Shown piece by piece: positions 13,494 to 25,759 of a stretch of 64,000 nt of DNA (position 1 is its first letter; every line of letters begins with the position of its first letter). The notes under the pieces are model-generated. The model was not told the origin of the DNA and did no database searches. It saw only the letters and a program-made list of their open reading frames with translations. Source of the DNA: Macrostomum hystrix (taxonomy: Eukaryota > Animalia > Platyhelminthes); contig CATNEN010000003.1 in the NCBI GenBank assembly GCA_950097015.1, positions 6,510,001-6,574,000 of the forward strand, in the 5' to 3' direction. The position numbers and the translations under genes are program-made.

Positions 13494-16400
13494 ATGGAGT
13501 CGACAACGTTGCGCGATCTCTTCCCGGTTGAAGAGATTAGCGGCTTCTTTGGCTATATCAAGACTCGCCTACCGCGCAGTGCACTATTCGCTGCTCAGTT
13601 AAATGAGGCTGAGCATGCGGCTGATCGTCTGGCCATGGAATCCAAGGAGCGAAAAGAGGCTGAATTGCTTCTAAGGATGCAGCGAGCCGCAGACGAGAAG
13701 GACATGGCTGCACTATCGGGTCTGTTCACACGGAGCAATGTTGATCGACCCTTGAAGGACGCGATGCGTCTGAGCGACTTAGCTGCAGCGTTGGGCAGCT
13801 TGCCAATGCTGCAGCTCGTGCTGGACCATGGAGGCCAGATCAATGTCAAGAATGCGGCTGGCCAGCTACCCATTCACTACGCGCTCACGAGTCCAGACGT
13901 GCCAGCGACTGTGGCCTTCCTGCTTGAACACGGAGCAGATCCGAACATTGCCATGCCAAATGGCGACTATCTGATGCACAAAGCTTGCTCGGATAGTGCC
14001 ACGACCTTGCTAAACATACTGCTGCTGAATGGGGCGGCTCCTGGCTGTCTGGATAGTCAGAGGCATACACCACTGCATCGGGCCTGCATTAACGATCTCA
14101 AAGATCACGCCGAGTTTGTGATCGATGCTGCGCCAGAACTGATTAATCAACAGGACGCGCTAGGTAGGACACCGTTGCACATTGCCGTTGAGAATCAGAA
14201 CATTCAGCTGATGAAGATGCTACTAGAAAGAGGTGCCACCATTGATCGCGAGACTGAAGAAGGTTTGACAGCCATCGACACAATGATGGGAACAAAGAAT
14301 CGCGGCGCACTGAAGGAGCTAATTGTCTACTTCACAGACAAAGTGTCCAAAGACGTCCGAGCATACAAGATGACTGAACTCTATCGAAGCAAGCACTTTC
14401 GACGCTTCTTGGACGTGCTAAAGCTGATCGACTCGGAGGTTTGCAAGTGCTACTACAGGGCAAAGGAAGAGGATGTGCAGCAGAAGCACGAGACGGAGCT
14501 GAAACTAGTGAAAGATCTCCTTGATATTGACGAAGAGAACACGCAGGATGTGATGGACTTTCAGTCTAAGATGATGGCCGCTCTGAAAACTGACGCCATA
14601 CACGACTATACGGACAATCGCGAGATCATCGATACAATTGCCATCTTCACTACCAAGTACATTCTATTTCGAGAGGACGTTGCCATGCTGCAGGATGTGA
14701 TGCGCTGCGGTGTAATCTGGCAGAAAGTCAGCCATTTCCTCGAGGATCACATCGCGACACTCTACAGCAAAACCAACAGGGATGCGAGCATCATTAGTAA
14801 GCTGTTTGCCGAACAGTTTATCGACTACAGCGCCGGTGGTAAGAGAGCCGCTCTAAGAAGGACGGCGCTGATCAAGAAGGTTGGCGACGTTCTGGGAATG
14901 TACCAACTGAGTCGGACGAATGTCGGGTCGCATTATCTTGAAGTGACGAATCCAATCGATACTCTGCCAATCTGGTCGATATTGACGGGCAAGATGAATT
15001 TGACATTGGAATTCATCAGCCAGGTACAGTTCGAAGCAGTGCCAGTCTGCTTGATGGCAGCCGGTCTGTTAAAAAATCTGCACAAAGTGTTGAACGTTAA
15101 CACTCTTGAACTGCCGTCAATTTCCGCGCTAGCTGATCAGTGCGAAATCTTCGCCTGCAAAGTGATCGAGCGCATGGGCATGATTGACGTCAGCGAGCAC
15201 AAGAAGACCACGTATCAATACCTGCTGCAAACTCTGCCAGCGTTCGACAACCTCAACTGCCTCCACCTGGCAGCCAACTGTGGTTGCGACACATTTCTGC
15301 GTTTAGAAACCTGCCAGAAAGCGATGGACGTCGCCTGGTATCGATTCCTGCTGGACGTGAATCCAATCTACCGGGAGATTATCATCATCCTGGGCAGCAT
15401 ACCACTCAACCCGCTCGTATCGCTGGCCCTATATCGCGACTATCAAAGATCTGCGCTAAACGCTCAGGAGCGACGTCTGAGTATCGACGCCAACCATGCC
15501 GTGCAAGCCGCCGATCAAACCGACGGTGGCGCTTCAATAATTGGCGGTAGTTCACGAAATCGACGCTCAAGTTTCATTATTGAAGACGACACTAGAGACG
15601 CTACTAGCACTATGTTCTCTGACGTCTTAGAATTTGATCCTCCGTCGCCTTCGAGGCATGGCTCCACGGCGGCCAAGTTTTCAGAGTGCTGCACACTGTA
15701 CTATTACTTCTACCAGATACCGGCGGTGAAGTTTCGCTACTTCACCATCAGCCATCTGATACTGCTATTTACCTTGTCCTATGTGGTACAGTTTCAACTG
15801 AATGCCAGTATCACACCATTGGAGATCTTTGTCTACATCACAGCGTTCGGCTTTGTAGTTGAAGAAGTGAAAAAGTTTTCCCAATCAATTTGGCGACGAA
15901 AACTGCTCGATTATGTGAAGAATAAGTGGAACATTTTCGACTTTGTGACTAGTGTAGTCTTTCTGACTGGTTTTATTTTAAGACTTGTGGTTCTAGACTA
16001 CAATCCGTACAGTTTAGAACAGACAATGAGAGGCTTATTTGACGATCACCTGTGGTACTGCGCTAGAGCATTTCTTGGCACGTACTGCCTATTGCTGTGG
16101 GTGAGATTATTGAACACGTCTCGTGTGCATCATTACTTTGGACCGAAGCTAAAAATGATCTACAAGATGATAATTAAAGATTTGTTTCCATTTCTCTTCA
16201 TTCTGATTATATTCCTGATGGGATTTGGAATATTCATGTGCAGCCTGCTCTATCCTAACGGTTACTATGCCTACAATCCCAACCAGATGGGTCCTGTGAG
16301 TATGGCCAAGCGCCTAGTACAGTTCTGCTTTTTCAGCGTATTCGGCGAATACCACCTGGACAGTGTCAACGGCGAGAATTGCGTCGAAGTCTATCAAGCC

Positions 16401-16871
16401 AAGACCAACAACAGTCTGCCGTGTCCCAATCCCCAGTCGACCTTCATTGTACCCTACATCCTGCTGCCATTGTACGTCACTATAACGACAATCCTGTTGC
16501 TAAGCCTAATTGTGGCACTATTCTCCAAGACTATTGAAGAGATTGACAGCAATAGTACAGCCCTGTGGCAGTTTGAGCGCTTTTTCTTCATCACATCCTA
16601 CGCCAGCAACTCGTCACTGCCACCGCCGCTCAACATATTGGACATGGGTCGCGAATTGTTGCTAAAAATATGTCACAAATATCTTGAGCAGCCGCAGAAG
16701 CCAATAGAGATGGACTTTTTTAACCAGGATGTAACACTGAAGGCGCTAATCTATCAGGCCATTGGGCTGAGAAATTACCGAAGCGAACTGCTTGTAACGT
16801 GTGCCAATGCTAAAGAGGCAAAGGCGACCACCATTGGTGTGAAGAGATCGGCAAGTCTGTTTCGTCACTAA
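13494..16871 (+). CDS. TRP cation channel with N-terminal ankyrin repeats and a TRPM-type body, 1125 aa, intronless
   Basis: Ankyrin repeats (GQLPIHYA, HTPLHRAC, GRTPLHIAV); TRPM MHR4-like region (IWSILTGKMNL, NCLHLAA..CQKAMDVAWY); pre-S1 FYQIPAVKF; WNIFDF; GPKLKMIYKM; pore FSVFGEY; TRP box WQFER...LPPPL. Confidence 0.9.
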   Translation: MESTTLRDLFPVEEISGFFGYIKTRLPRSALFAAQLNEAEHAADRLAMESKERKEAELLLRMQRAADEKDMAALSGLFTRSNVDRPLKDAMRLSDLAAALGSLPMLQLVLDHGGQINVKNAAGQLPIHYALTSPDVPATVAFLLEHGADPNIAMPNGDYLMHKACSDSATTLLNILLLNGAAPGCLDSQRHTPLHRACINDLKDHAEFVIDAAPELINQQDALGRTPLHIAVENQNIQLMKMLLERGATIDRETEEGLTAIDTMMGTKNRGALKELIVYFTDKVSKDVRAYKMTELYRSKHFRRFLDVLKLIDSEVCKCYYRAKEEDVQQKHETELKLVKDLLDIDEENTQDVMDFQSKMMAALKTDAIHDYTDNREIIDTIAIFTTKYILFREDVAMLQDVMRCGVIWQKVSHFLEDHIATLYSKTNRDASIISKLFAEQFIDYSAGGKRAALRRTALIKKVGDVLGMYQLSRTNVGSHYLEVTNPIDTLPIWSILTGKMNLTLEFISQVQFEAVPVCLMAAGLLKNLHKVLNVNTLELPSISALADQCEIFACKVIERMGMIDVSEHKKTTYQYLLQTLPAFDNLNCLHLAANCGCDTFLRLETCQKAMDVAWYRFLLDVNPIYREIIIILGSIPLNPLVSLALYRDYQRSALNAQERRLSIDANHAVQAADQTDGGASIIGGSSRNRRSSFIIEDDTRDATSTMFSDVLEFDPPSPSRHGSTAAKFSECCTLYYYFYQIPAVKFRYFTISHLILLFTLSYVVQFQLNASITPLEIFVYITAFGFVVEEVKKFSQSIWRRKLLDYVKNKWNIFDFVTSVVFLTGFILRLVVLDYNPYSLEQTMRGLFDDHLWYCARAFLGTYCLLLWVRLLNTSRVHHYFGPKLKMIYKMIIKDLFPFLFILIIFLMGFGIFMCSLLYPNGYYAYNPNQMGPVSMAKRLVQFCFFSVFGEYHLDSVNGENCVEVYQAKTNNSLPCPNPQSTFIVPYILLPLYVTITTILLLSLIVALFSKTIEEIDSNSTALWQFERFFFITSYASNSSLPPPLNILDMGRELLLKICHKYLEQPQKPIEMDFFNQDVTLKALIYQAIGLRNYRSELLVTCANAKEAKATTIGVKRSASLFRH

Positions 16872-16961
16872 GCTTAAACACTTGTGCGTAGATTAGCTGA
16901 TTGTAGAATATCAGACTCGTACATCTTATCTTATATTATCTATTCCTTGTCTTCCATTTTA

Positions 16962-17421
16962 GAGATGAGACACGGGAAAGATGAGACACAGGAGAGATGA
17001 GACACGGGAGAGATGAGACACGACAGAGATGAAACACGGGAGAGATGAGACACGACAGAGATGAGACACGGGAGAGATGAGACACGGGTGAGATGAGACA
17101 CGACAGAGATGAAACACGAGAGAGATGAGACACGACAGAGATGAAACACGGGAGAGATGAGACACGACAGAGATGAGACACGACAGAGATGAGACACGAC
17201 AGAGATGAGACACGACAGAGATGAGACACGGGAGAGATGAGACACGACAGAGATGAAACACGGGAGAGATGAGACACGACAGAGATGAGACACGACAGAG
17301 ATGAGACACGACAGAGATGAGACACGACAGAGATGAGACACGGGAGAGATGAGACACGGGAGAGATGAGACACGGGAGAGATGAGACACGACAGAGACGA
17401 AACACGGGAGAGATGAGATGA
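16962..17421. repeat. 17-bp minisatellite (GAGATGAGACACGACAG/GGGA)n flanked by a 13-bp direct repeat
   Basis: GTCTTCCATTTTA at 16949-16961 and 17422-17434. Confidence 0.9.
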
Positions 17422-17884
17422 GTCTTCCATTTTAACTATCCTAGGAGATGAGGTACAAAAGAATGCGATTATTTAGTTATTAGAAGATCTGTAATTAATA
17501 GTCGTATATATAGTACTAGCCTAGAATATCTAGACGATGTAATTGCTTTCTCAATATACGAGTACTCTTATTTGTACACTAAACATTGTTTATGGCTTCC
17601 AGTGTGTTCTGTGCGTTCTTTTTCAACTAAATTTGTGTCAACAAGTGTTCTAATAACTTAAAAAATAAAATTTAGAGCGAAAATAACACTTTTAGTGTTT
17701 CATATAGTTGAGAAAACAAAAAACAATTCTACCCTTTGAAATCTTTTCTGTAAAAAAGAATGATAATTACTAGTTATAATGCCATGAATATGGGGCTCAA
17801 TGTATAGTCGAGGCCACTGCTTCAAGCTGCACCCAAGTTTCTGCAAAACTTTTCCGTGTGCCGACACAAAACCTTGACGAGTAG

Positions 17885-20800
17885 CTAGTGGTTTAATAGG
17901 AAAAAGATTACTGCGAAAAGAAGTGAGAGTTGAGACACGGGGGAGATGAGACACGGGAGAGATGAGACACGACAGAGATGAGACACGACAGAGATGAGAC
18001 ACGACAGGGATGAGACACGGGAGGATGAGACACGACAGAGATGAGACACGGGAGAGATGAGACACGGGAGAGATGAGACACGACAGAGATGAGACACGAC
18101 AGAGATGAGATGAGACAGGGGAGAGATGAGACACGACAGGGATGAGACACGGGAGAGATGAGACACGACAGGGATGAGACAGGGGAGAGATGAGACACGA
18201 CAGGGATGAGACACGGGAGAGATGAGACACGACAGAGATGAGACACGACAGAGATGAGACAAGATCAGACAGATGACAGGTGTTGGCAGGGCCGTATTGG
18301 AGCAGCCAGTATCTGGCACCCTCTCACCCTGTCTTTTGGTGATCATGACCGGAGCATGCCGCATCTGTTCGTGCAGTCGTTTCTGCGCCTGCGGATCCGG
18401 CTTTCGCGGCGCGCCCTTCCGCGTCACCTCAGGGCGTTGCAAACGAACAACTTCCTTCAGAGGCTTCTGCGGCGGCGGCTGATACGGCACGAGTTCTTCA
18501 TCCTCGTCTAAATTAGCTTCGCGTCTCGACGGCGCACCTTTGAGCATGACCTCCGAGGCGGCGGCTGACGATAGTTCAACCATCCGATTCAGGTAGTCTT
18601 CGTAGTCGGCGTCGGTTTCAAATTCGGCCGCCGGGGCGACGTCTTTACGTCGATCGGGTCGCACTGAGCGTCTAGTTGATGAAGACGCCGCGGCGGCTGC
18701 AGCCAACCGGCGCTGTTCCAAGGCCAGCTCCTCCTCCATCAGCTGGATGGCGGATTTTTGCGGCTCCAGCCGCGGCCGAATGGCTTCGTGCGAATCTCTG
18801 AGCGCATCGGCGGTTCGAGGCGCTGAAGCGGTCGATCTGTCCTCCTCCTGCATCAGGCGTCGAATTCGAGCCTCCTCTCTGGATTCGCGCTCGGCTCGCA
18901 GCTGCTCCCGACGCTTCTGCCGCTCAGCTTCGGCTGCCTTCCAGCCTGACATGCTGGAGGCACCGCCGCCACCGCCGCCGCCGCCTTGATAAGGCCTGGC
19001 TTCGGCTCCGCGGCGTTGCTGCTGCTCTTTCTTAAACCTTTCTAATTGTTCCCTGCGCCTCTGCTCCATCCAGTCACGCAATTGAGCCCGGTCATCCGGA
19101 GTTCGATTCTGCTGCTGCTGCTGACGAGCTGAACTTGACGAGGCCTGCTGACGTCTATGAGGCGAGACGCCAGATGGGCTAATTGATCGCGATCTGACTG
19201 AAGCTCTGAAATTTTGTTTGTTTCATTGATTAAATTAAGTAATTTTTTAACGCGTCTGTTGGCACCTTTTTAAATATTAGTTTTCTGCAAATTAACATTG
19301 GCGTTAAAAATAAGATTTATTAAATATTTAAATTTTGGGAACAGTCTCTGAACAGAGAAAGCCTTACTCATTGCCCGATTGGCCAGACCGATGCGAGTGC
19401 AACTGATCGAGCTGCAACGGTGGGACCTGCCACTGATCATCGGAGTCGGTCATCGGAGGCGGCGTTCTGAAAAGAGGGCCCCGTTTTTTGTAATTTACGA
19501 GCGTATATAACAAATAACAAATCGAGTATAATGAAAACAAAAGGACCACATACCGAGCTAAATCTCTTCGAGGCGTGAATGGATCAGAATCCTTTCGCTG
19601 CTGATGCTGCGTCGGAGCAGACGGTTGCCGAGGCTGCCGCGGCAAATTCGGATTAACATTTGTCTGATTGGCCAACGGCCTTCGACTATCCCGATGTTGG
19701 TCGCTGACGCCGCCAAAGTTGCGAATTTCATCATCCTCGTCAGCCGCAAACGACTGGGACTGATTGGCCGACTGCAGTTCAATGATGGTAGACAAGAGCT
19801 GCGAATCGGGGTTAGGGGTGTGTCGAAAAAACCGAAATGAGATAATTTGTTTGCATGCCGCTTAGTCAGGCGGCAAGAACACCCACCACCCCTTACTGGC
19901 CATAAAACCCCCTCACTCCAGCGGCAAGAAAACCCACTACCCCAAACTGGCCATAAAACCCCCTCACTCGAGCGGCAGGAACACCCACCACCCCAAACTG
20001 GCCATAAAACCACCTCAGTCCAGCGGCAGGAACACCCACCACCCCAAACTGGCCATAAAACCCCCTCACTCAAGCGGCAGGAACACCCACCACCCCAAAC
20101 TGGCCATAAAACCACCTCAGTCCAGGGGCAGGAACACCCACCACCCCAAACTGGCCATAAAACCCCCTCACTCAAGCGGCAGGAACACCCACCACCCCAA
20201 ACTGGCAATAAAACCCCCTCACTCAAGCGGCAGGAACACCCACCCTAAACTCCCAAAATGCAATTAAAGATATGCAACACCAACACTCACCCGCTTATTT
20301 CTTTCGTAGTCGCTCTCAAATCGATCCGACATATCGGCAATTAGACGCAGCCGCTTGTCCATGTCCTGCAGTACGGCCACAGATTTTCCGGCTCGTTCAA
20401 GGCTCTCCAAAGACAGGGGCGGTCGATCGGATGCTAACGGCTGAGCACCAACGCCGCCGGCGGCGGATGCTGCTGAATCCCCCAGCTGTTGACGCTGCTG
20501 ACGAAAGCGACGATCAACTTTCGCCAGGGTGACCGGATCGCCTCTGGGAGTGGCTTCAGCAGATTTTTCGTCGCGATGATCAGAACGATACGACGACAAT
20601 GGAGTCTTCTGCTTCTTCTGCTGCTGCTGCTGTTGCTCCAAAGCTAATCGCTGGCTAGCTAGAGCAGCTAAGTCTGTCGTAGGCATATCCTTAGCAACTA
20701 GATCGTCCCAGACTCCTTCATCAACGCTCACAACCGACAGGAAGTGTCGGCCACCGCCGCCGTCAGGATTCGACGAAGAAGGATCATCGAAACGCATCTG

Positions 20801-21732
20801 ACCGAGGACACTGGGCGGCAGGGATGGCTTCTGTTGGCCGGCTCGACTGCGGGCTGTGTGAAATAAAACAGCACATATTAGCTACTAAAGCCTTCTCTCC
20901 GCGGATCACAAATCTCATAAATAATACCTTGCCATACTACTACTGCAAAAAAACAGTAGTAATGATTGATTACGATTGCCCTAATTGAGCCAGATGTGCA
21001 GCCAACAGCACAGCCGCAGCTATTGCGCGACGCATTTGTAGGCTGCGTACGGCTGTTCAGTCCATGGACTGGGACGCCACACTCATCCTCAATTACCCCA
21101 GCTAATACTCCCTGGAACCCATTAAACAGCTGGGTGAACTGAAGCAATGCAGAGTTTCAGTGGAGTCGGGAATCGAACAGTGAGTCCAACACTCTAACTA
21201 CTACTTACTAACAACTTAGTAGTGTGATTCGAACATCGGATTTTATATTTAAAGTAACGAAATATCAATCTTACGAGTTTCGGTGACAAAACGCGGCGAG
21301 AATAATGACAGATTGTTCAGCCTCGGCGTGGTACCAGCCGATCGACTTTCCTGGAATTTTGAGCATTCCGAAGCATTGCATAATCAGTTTTTGTATGCTA
21401 GTTAACACTGCAGTGTTATCAATTTCCTCACCACTACAGCGGCAACAGCAGCAGCAGCAGCCGCCGGATCGCCGGATCTTCCCATCAGAGCGTCTATAAG
21501 TCCCGGCGTGATTGCGAAGCCCTGTCGCATCGCGGCCTCGGCTAGACGCTCGTCCATTGAGATGTCCTCGCCTTCGTCGTGCTGCACCCAGGCGTCGCGA
21601 TGCACGGTGGTTGCGGCGTCCACCCGAGCCGGGACCTTCTTGGGCGTGCCGGATGCGGCGTCGGCCCGACTTGGTCCGGAAGACTGGTCGGCGAAGCTGC
21701 CTTCGTGATGGCTCTGAGAAACGTCTTGAAAC

Positions 21733-21765
<33 letters not shown>

Positions 21766-23339
21766 GGCTGCATCGGTCCTCTATCAAGCCACAACAATTG
21801 CTGGCCAAATCGTTCCAGATGTCCCATCCGGAGCCTTTCGTGAAGATCGTCGTCAGTGTGACCATTGAGAGCTGGGACTGCAGAATTTGACCATCGAAAA
21901 TGATTCAGAACCAGATTTGGATCGACAAGGGTTGGCCAAGACGGTCCGCTCATTCCGTTGCCGACATTGTAGCCGCCATCAATCACATCATAATCGTCGA
22001 CGGCTGTTCCAGTACTAGCTGTCTGCTGTCTTTGCTGCTGCTGCTGTTGCTGCTGTTCCATAGCGCGAAACACGGACATCCAAGAGCCGCCATGGTCGCC
22101 ATTGTTAGATAGCGTCAACAATGGGAATGGCATTTGTTGCTGTTGCCTTAATACATTTGGCAAAGAGTTATAGTCCTGATTGGACGTCGGCGGCAGCTGC
22201 TGCTGCTGCTGCAGTCTAACCGAGAACGGTATTTGAGGTCGCTGACTCAACGGCGGCAAATTCAAATTTAAATCGGATTCAAATGCCGGATTAGCAAAGT
22301 TTAAATTCTGCGGCTGGACACCGCCGTAGTTTGTGGTGACCTCCGTGACCTCGGTGAGATCGTCGCTCTGACCCGACTCGCGTCTGGATCGGCCGCTATG
22401 ACCTGAGGCTTGCCGGCCGTAGCGAAACGACGACTGACTGCCGACGCCGCCGCCGCCACCAAGACTTCGACGAGAATAACGACGCCGACCGGACCTGCCA
22501 CTGTGGTAACCATGCGGCGAAGAGTCGCTATTATTGTTGTCGGAGTCGTTTGGATCAGCGTCGAGTGCTTGGACAACCGCTGCCACGCTGGCTTGTTGAA
22601 ACTGCAAAGGATCGGGGTCGATCGGCTTGGTTAATCTTACTCAAAAAATGACGGATAATATGGTTCTAGAAAAGAGAAACTTTCTGTCATAGTACACCAA
22701 GGGAACTGGTCATAAACAGATAAATCATAAAGCATCTGGTCATAAAGTAGCACAATGATCCGGTCTTAAAGTAGTTGAATGATCTGTTCATAAAGTAACG
22801 GAATGATCTGGTCATAAAGTAACGGAAAGATCTGGTCATAAAGTAACGGAATGATCTGGTCATAAAGGGTCAGAATGATCTGGTCATAAAGTAGTAGAAT
22901 GATCTGTTCATAAAGTAACGGAATAATCTGGTCATAAAGTAACGGAATGATCTGGTCATAAAGTAACGGAATGATCTGGTCATAAAGTAACAGGATGATC
23001 TGGTCATAAAGGGTCAGAATGATCTGGTCATAAAGGGTCAAAATGATCTGGCCATAAAGGGTCAAAATGATCTGGCCATAAAGGAATATAATTATCTGGT
23101 CATAAATAGCGGAATGAATAATGACTAACCTTAAACAATCGTTTCATTTCTCGCCTCAAAACCTGTTGAATCTGTTCGGCCAGAGCGGGTCCAGTCAAAC
23201 CGTTGATGCTTCCGCTGCTAAAATTTCCGCTTGCGGTGGCTGCTGCTGCTGCTGGTCCTGCGGTGGCTGCTGCTGCTGCTGATGAAGCCATGTTGTTACG
23301 AAATAAAATCGAGCCCTCGACAGGATTCCGCCGGTCGCG

Positions 23340-23372
<33 letters not shown>

Positions 23373-25236
23373 ACTAGCGGAATGCGAAGAAGCCGGAGGT
23401 CGTTGATGAAGCTGAACGAAGCGGTCGTGTCTGAATAATAGTGTTTTTTTAGGATGTCGTGTTGGAGTTGAAAATACGTTTGTTGGCTAGCTATCTGCAG
23501 CCAACGTTTTAACTTCTCCGAGGTATTTTTGTGGGTGAGAACAGGTATTAACCTCACTGGCGCGAGTACTAGCGACAGTAAGAGAGAGAAGAGAGAAGGC
23601 AGAGAAGCGACAGGGACAAGAAGGAGAGACAGGAAAGCAGATTGAAGGCTTAGATTTTATGCACAATGGCAGTGTGTACAGGTCTCAATACTGTACATTC
23701 TACCATAGAGTATTGCATGTACACCAATTAACACTCACAACTGAGATAGAGCAGAGTGCATATAAGACAGAGCAAAGCAGAAAAGTATATTTAGTCTAAC
23801 ATAGGCCTAGCCAAACAACGTTAGCTATAAAACCCCCTAGGCCAGAAAAAAGTGAATTGGCGGTAATTAGAAATTGGAAAGCTAATAGCATCATTATATA
23901 ATGCAATTATAGACATCATCATCCAGATAATTAGACTGAAACTACAGACACCAATATCACACTAATTAGACTGAAACTACAGACACAAATATCTAACTAA
24001 TTAGACTGCAATTACAGACACCGATATCACACTAATTAGACTGCAATTACAGACACCAATATCACACTAATTAGACTGAAACTACAGACACAAATATCTA
24101 ACTAATTAGACTGCAATTACAGACACCAATATCACACTAATTAGACTGCAATTACAGACACCAATATCAAACTAATTGGACTGATATTACAGACACAAAT
24201 ATCACACTAATTAGACTGCAATTACAGACACCAATATCACACTAATTAGATTGTGATTACAGAAACCAATATCACACTAATTAGACTGAAACTACAGACA
24301 CCAATATCACACTAATTAGACTGCAATTACAGACACCGATATCACACTAATTAGACTGCAATTACAGACACCGAATCATCACACTAATTAGACTGCAATT
24401 ACAGGCACCAATATCAAACAAATGAGCCAACGAAATGACACTGACACATTGACATCGCCGTCAAGTCCAGCTCGATTATCAACAGTCGCCGGTTCATTGG
24501 ACGGCAAATGGTTACTGCGTCCGTTACTGTTGTTGTTGTTGTTGCTGTTTCTCCAGGCGCGCTGTTTCGATGCGCCGCCTGCCGAGGGCTCTCGCGCGTT
24601 TTTTGCCTCGCTAACAAAATCTGCCAGGTGTTTGTCAGCGGCTCGGCGGATTCGTTCGCTGTGCGAAATTGAAGCGGAGCTAGGCGTGCCTGCCCCGCTG
24701 CTGCTGGCTATGGAACTGCCGGGTGGACTGCCTGCCCGAGAAGGCTGCGGTTGCTGCTGCTGCTGCTGCTGCTGATGCTGATGCTGATGAGGCAGATAAT
24801 CTCGCTGGTCGGCGGATGTCGCGGAAGACTAGTTTCAAAGGAAATGTTTAACATATATATACTATAGGGTTATAACAGTTTTTATAGACAGACAGTTCAG
24901 GACAGACTACTGAAGACAGACTGTTGAAGAATGTTGAATGTTGAAGACAGACTGTTGAAGACAGACAGTTAAAGACAGACAGTCAAAGACAGACAGTCAA
25001 AGACAGACAGTTGAAGACAGTCAGTTGAATACAGACAGTCAGAGACAGACAGTCAAAGACAGACAGTCAAAGACAGACAGTCAAAGACAGACAGTCAAAG
25101 ACAGACAGTCAGAGACAGACAGTCAAAGACAGACAGTCAGAGACAGATAGTTGAGGACAGTCAGTTCTTAAAAGCATCGAAAGTTACCTGTTGTTGAAAA
25201 CGACGACGTTTTTGTAATTTCTTTCGTTTCTGCACA

Positions 25237-25269
<33 letters not shown>

Positions 25270-25726
25270 TGTGATTGATGCTGCTGCTGCTGACTGTAGG
25301 TGGAATCATCTTCAAACGAAGCTCCTACAGATTGGCCCTCTGGAGCAGAAGCGGCTAACTGCTGCTGCTGCCTCACAGCGCCATAGACAGCGTAGACCAG
25401 CAGGGGCTGATTCAGTCGAATCCTCACACTGGGCAGACCGGTTCCAGCTAGCTTAGCCGAATTCATTGAAGAACTCGGCACAAGCAGCGGCTGTTGACGA
25501 TAAGTCCAACGAACTAGCCAAGTTAGTCGATCAGCTATCGACTGCGGACACGTACCAGCTGGTACGATAATATTCGGCACCTCGCGACGTTGCAATTTCT
25601 GTTGCTGCTGTTGCAATTGTTGCAACTGTTGCAACTGTTGCAACTCCGAGTTTCTAGGTGTTGACAGGCTGTTGCTGCGCGCTCGATTGCCTAGGTCCAA
25701 TTCGGCCTTTCGCAGCCCTAGCGGAA

Positions 25727-25759
<33 letters not shown>

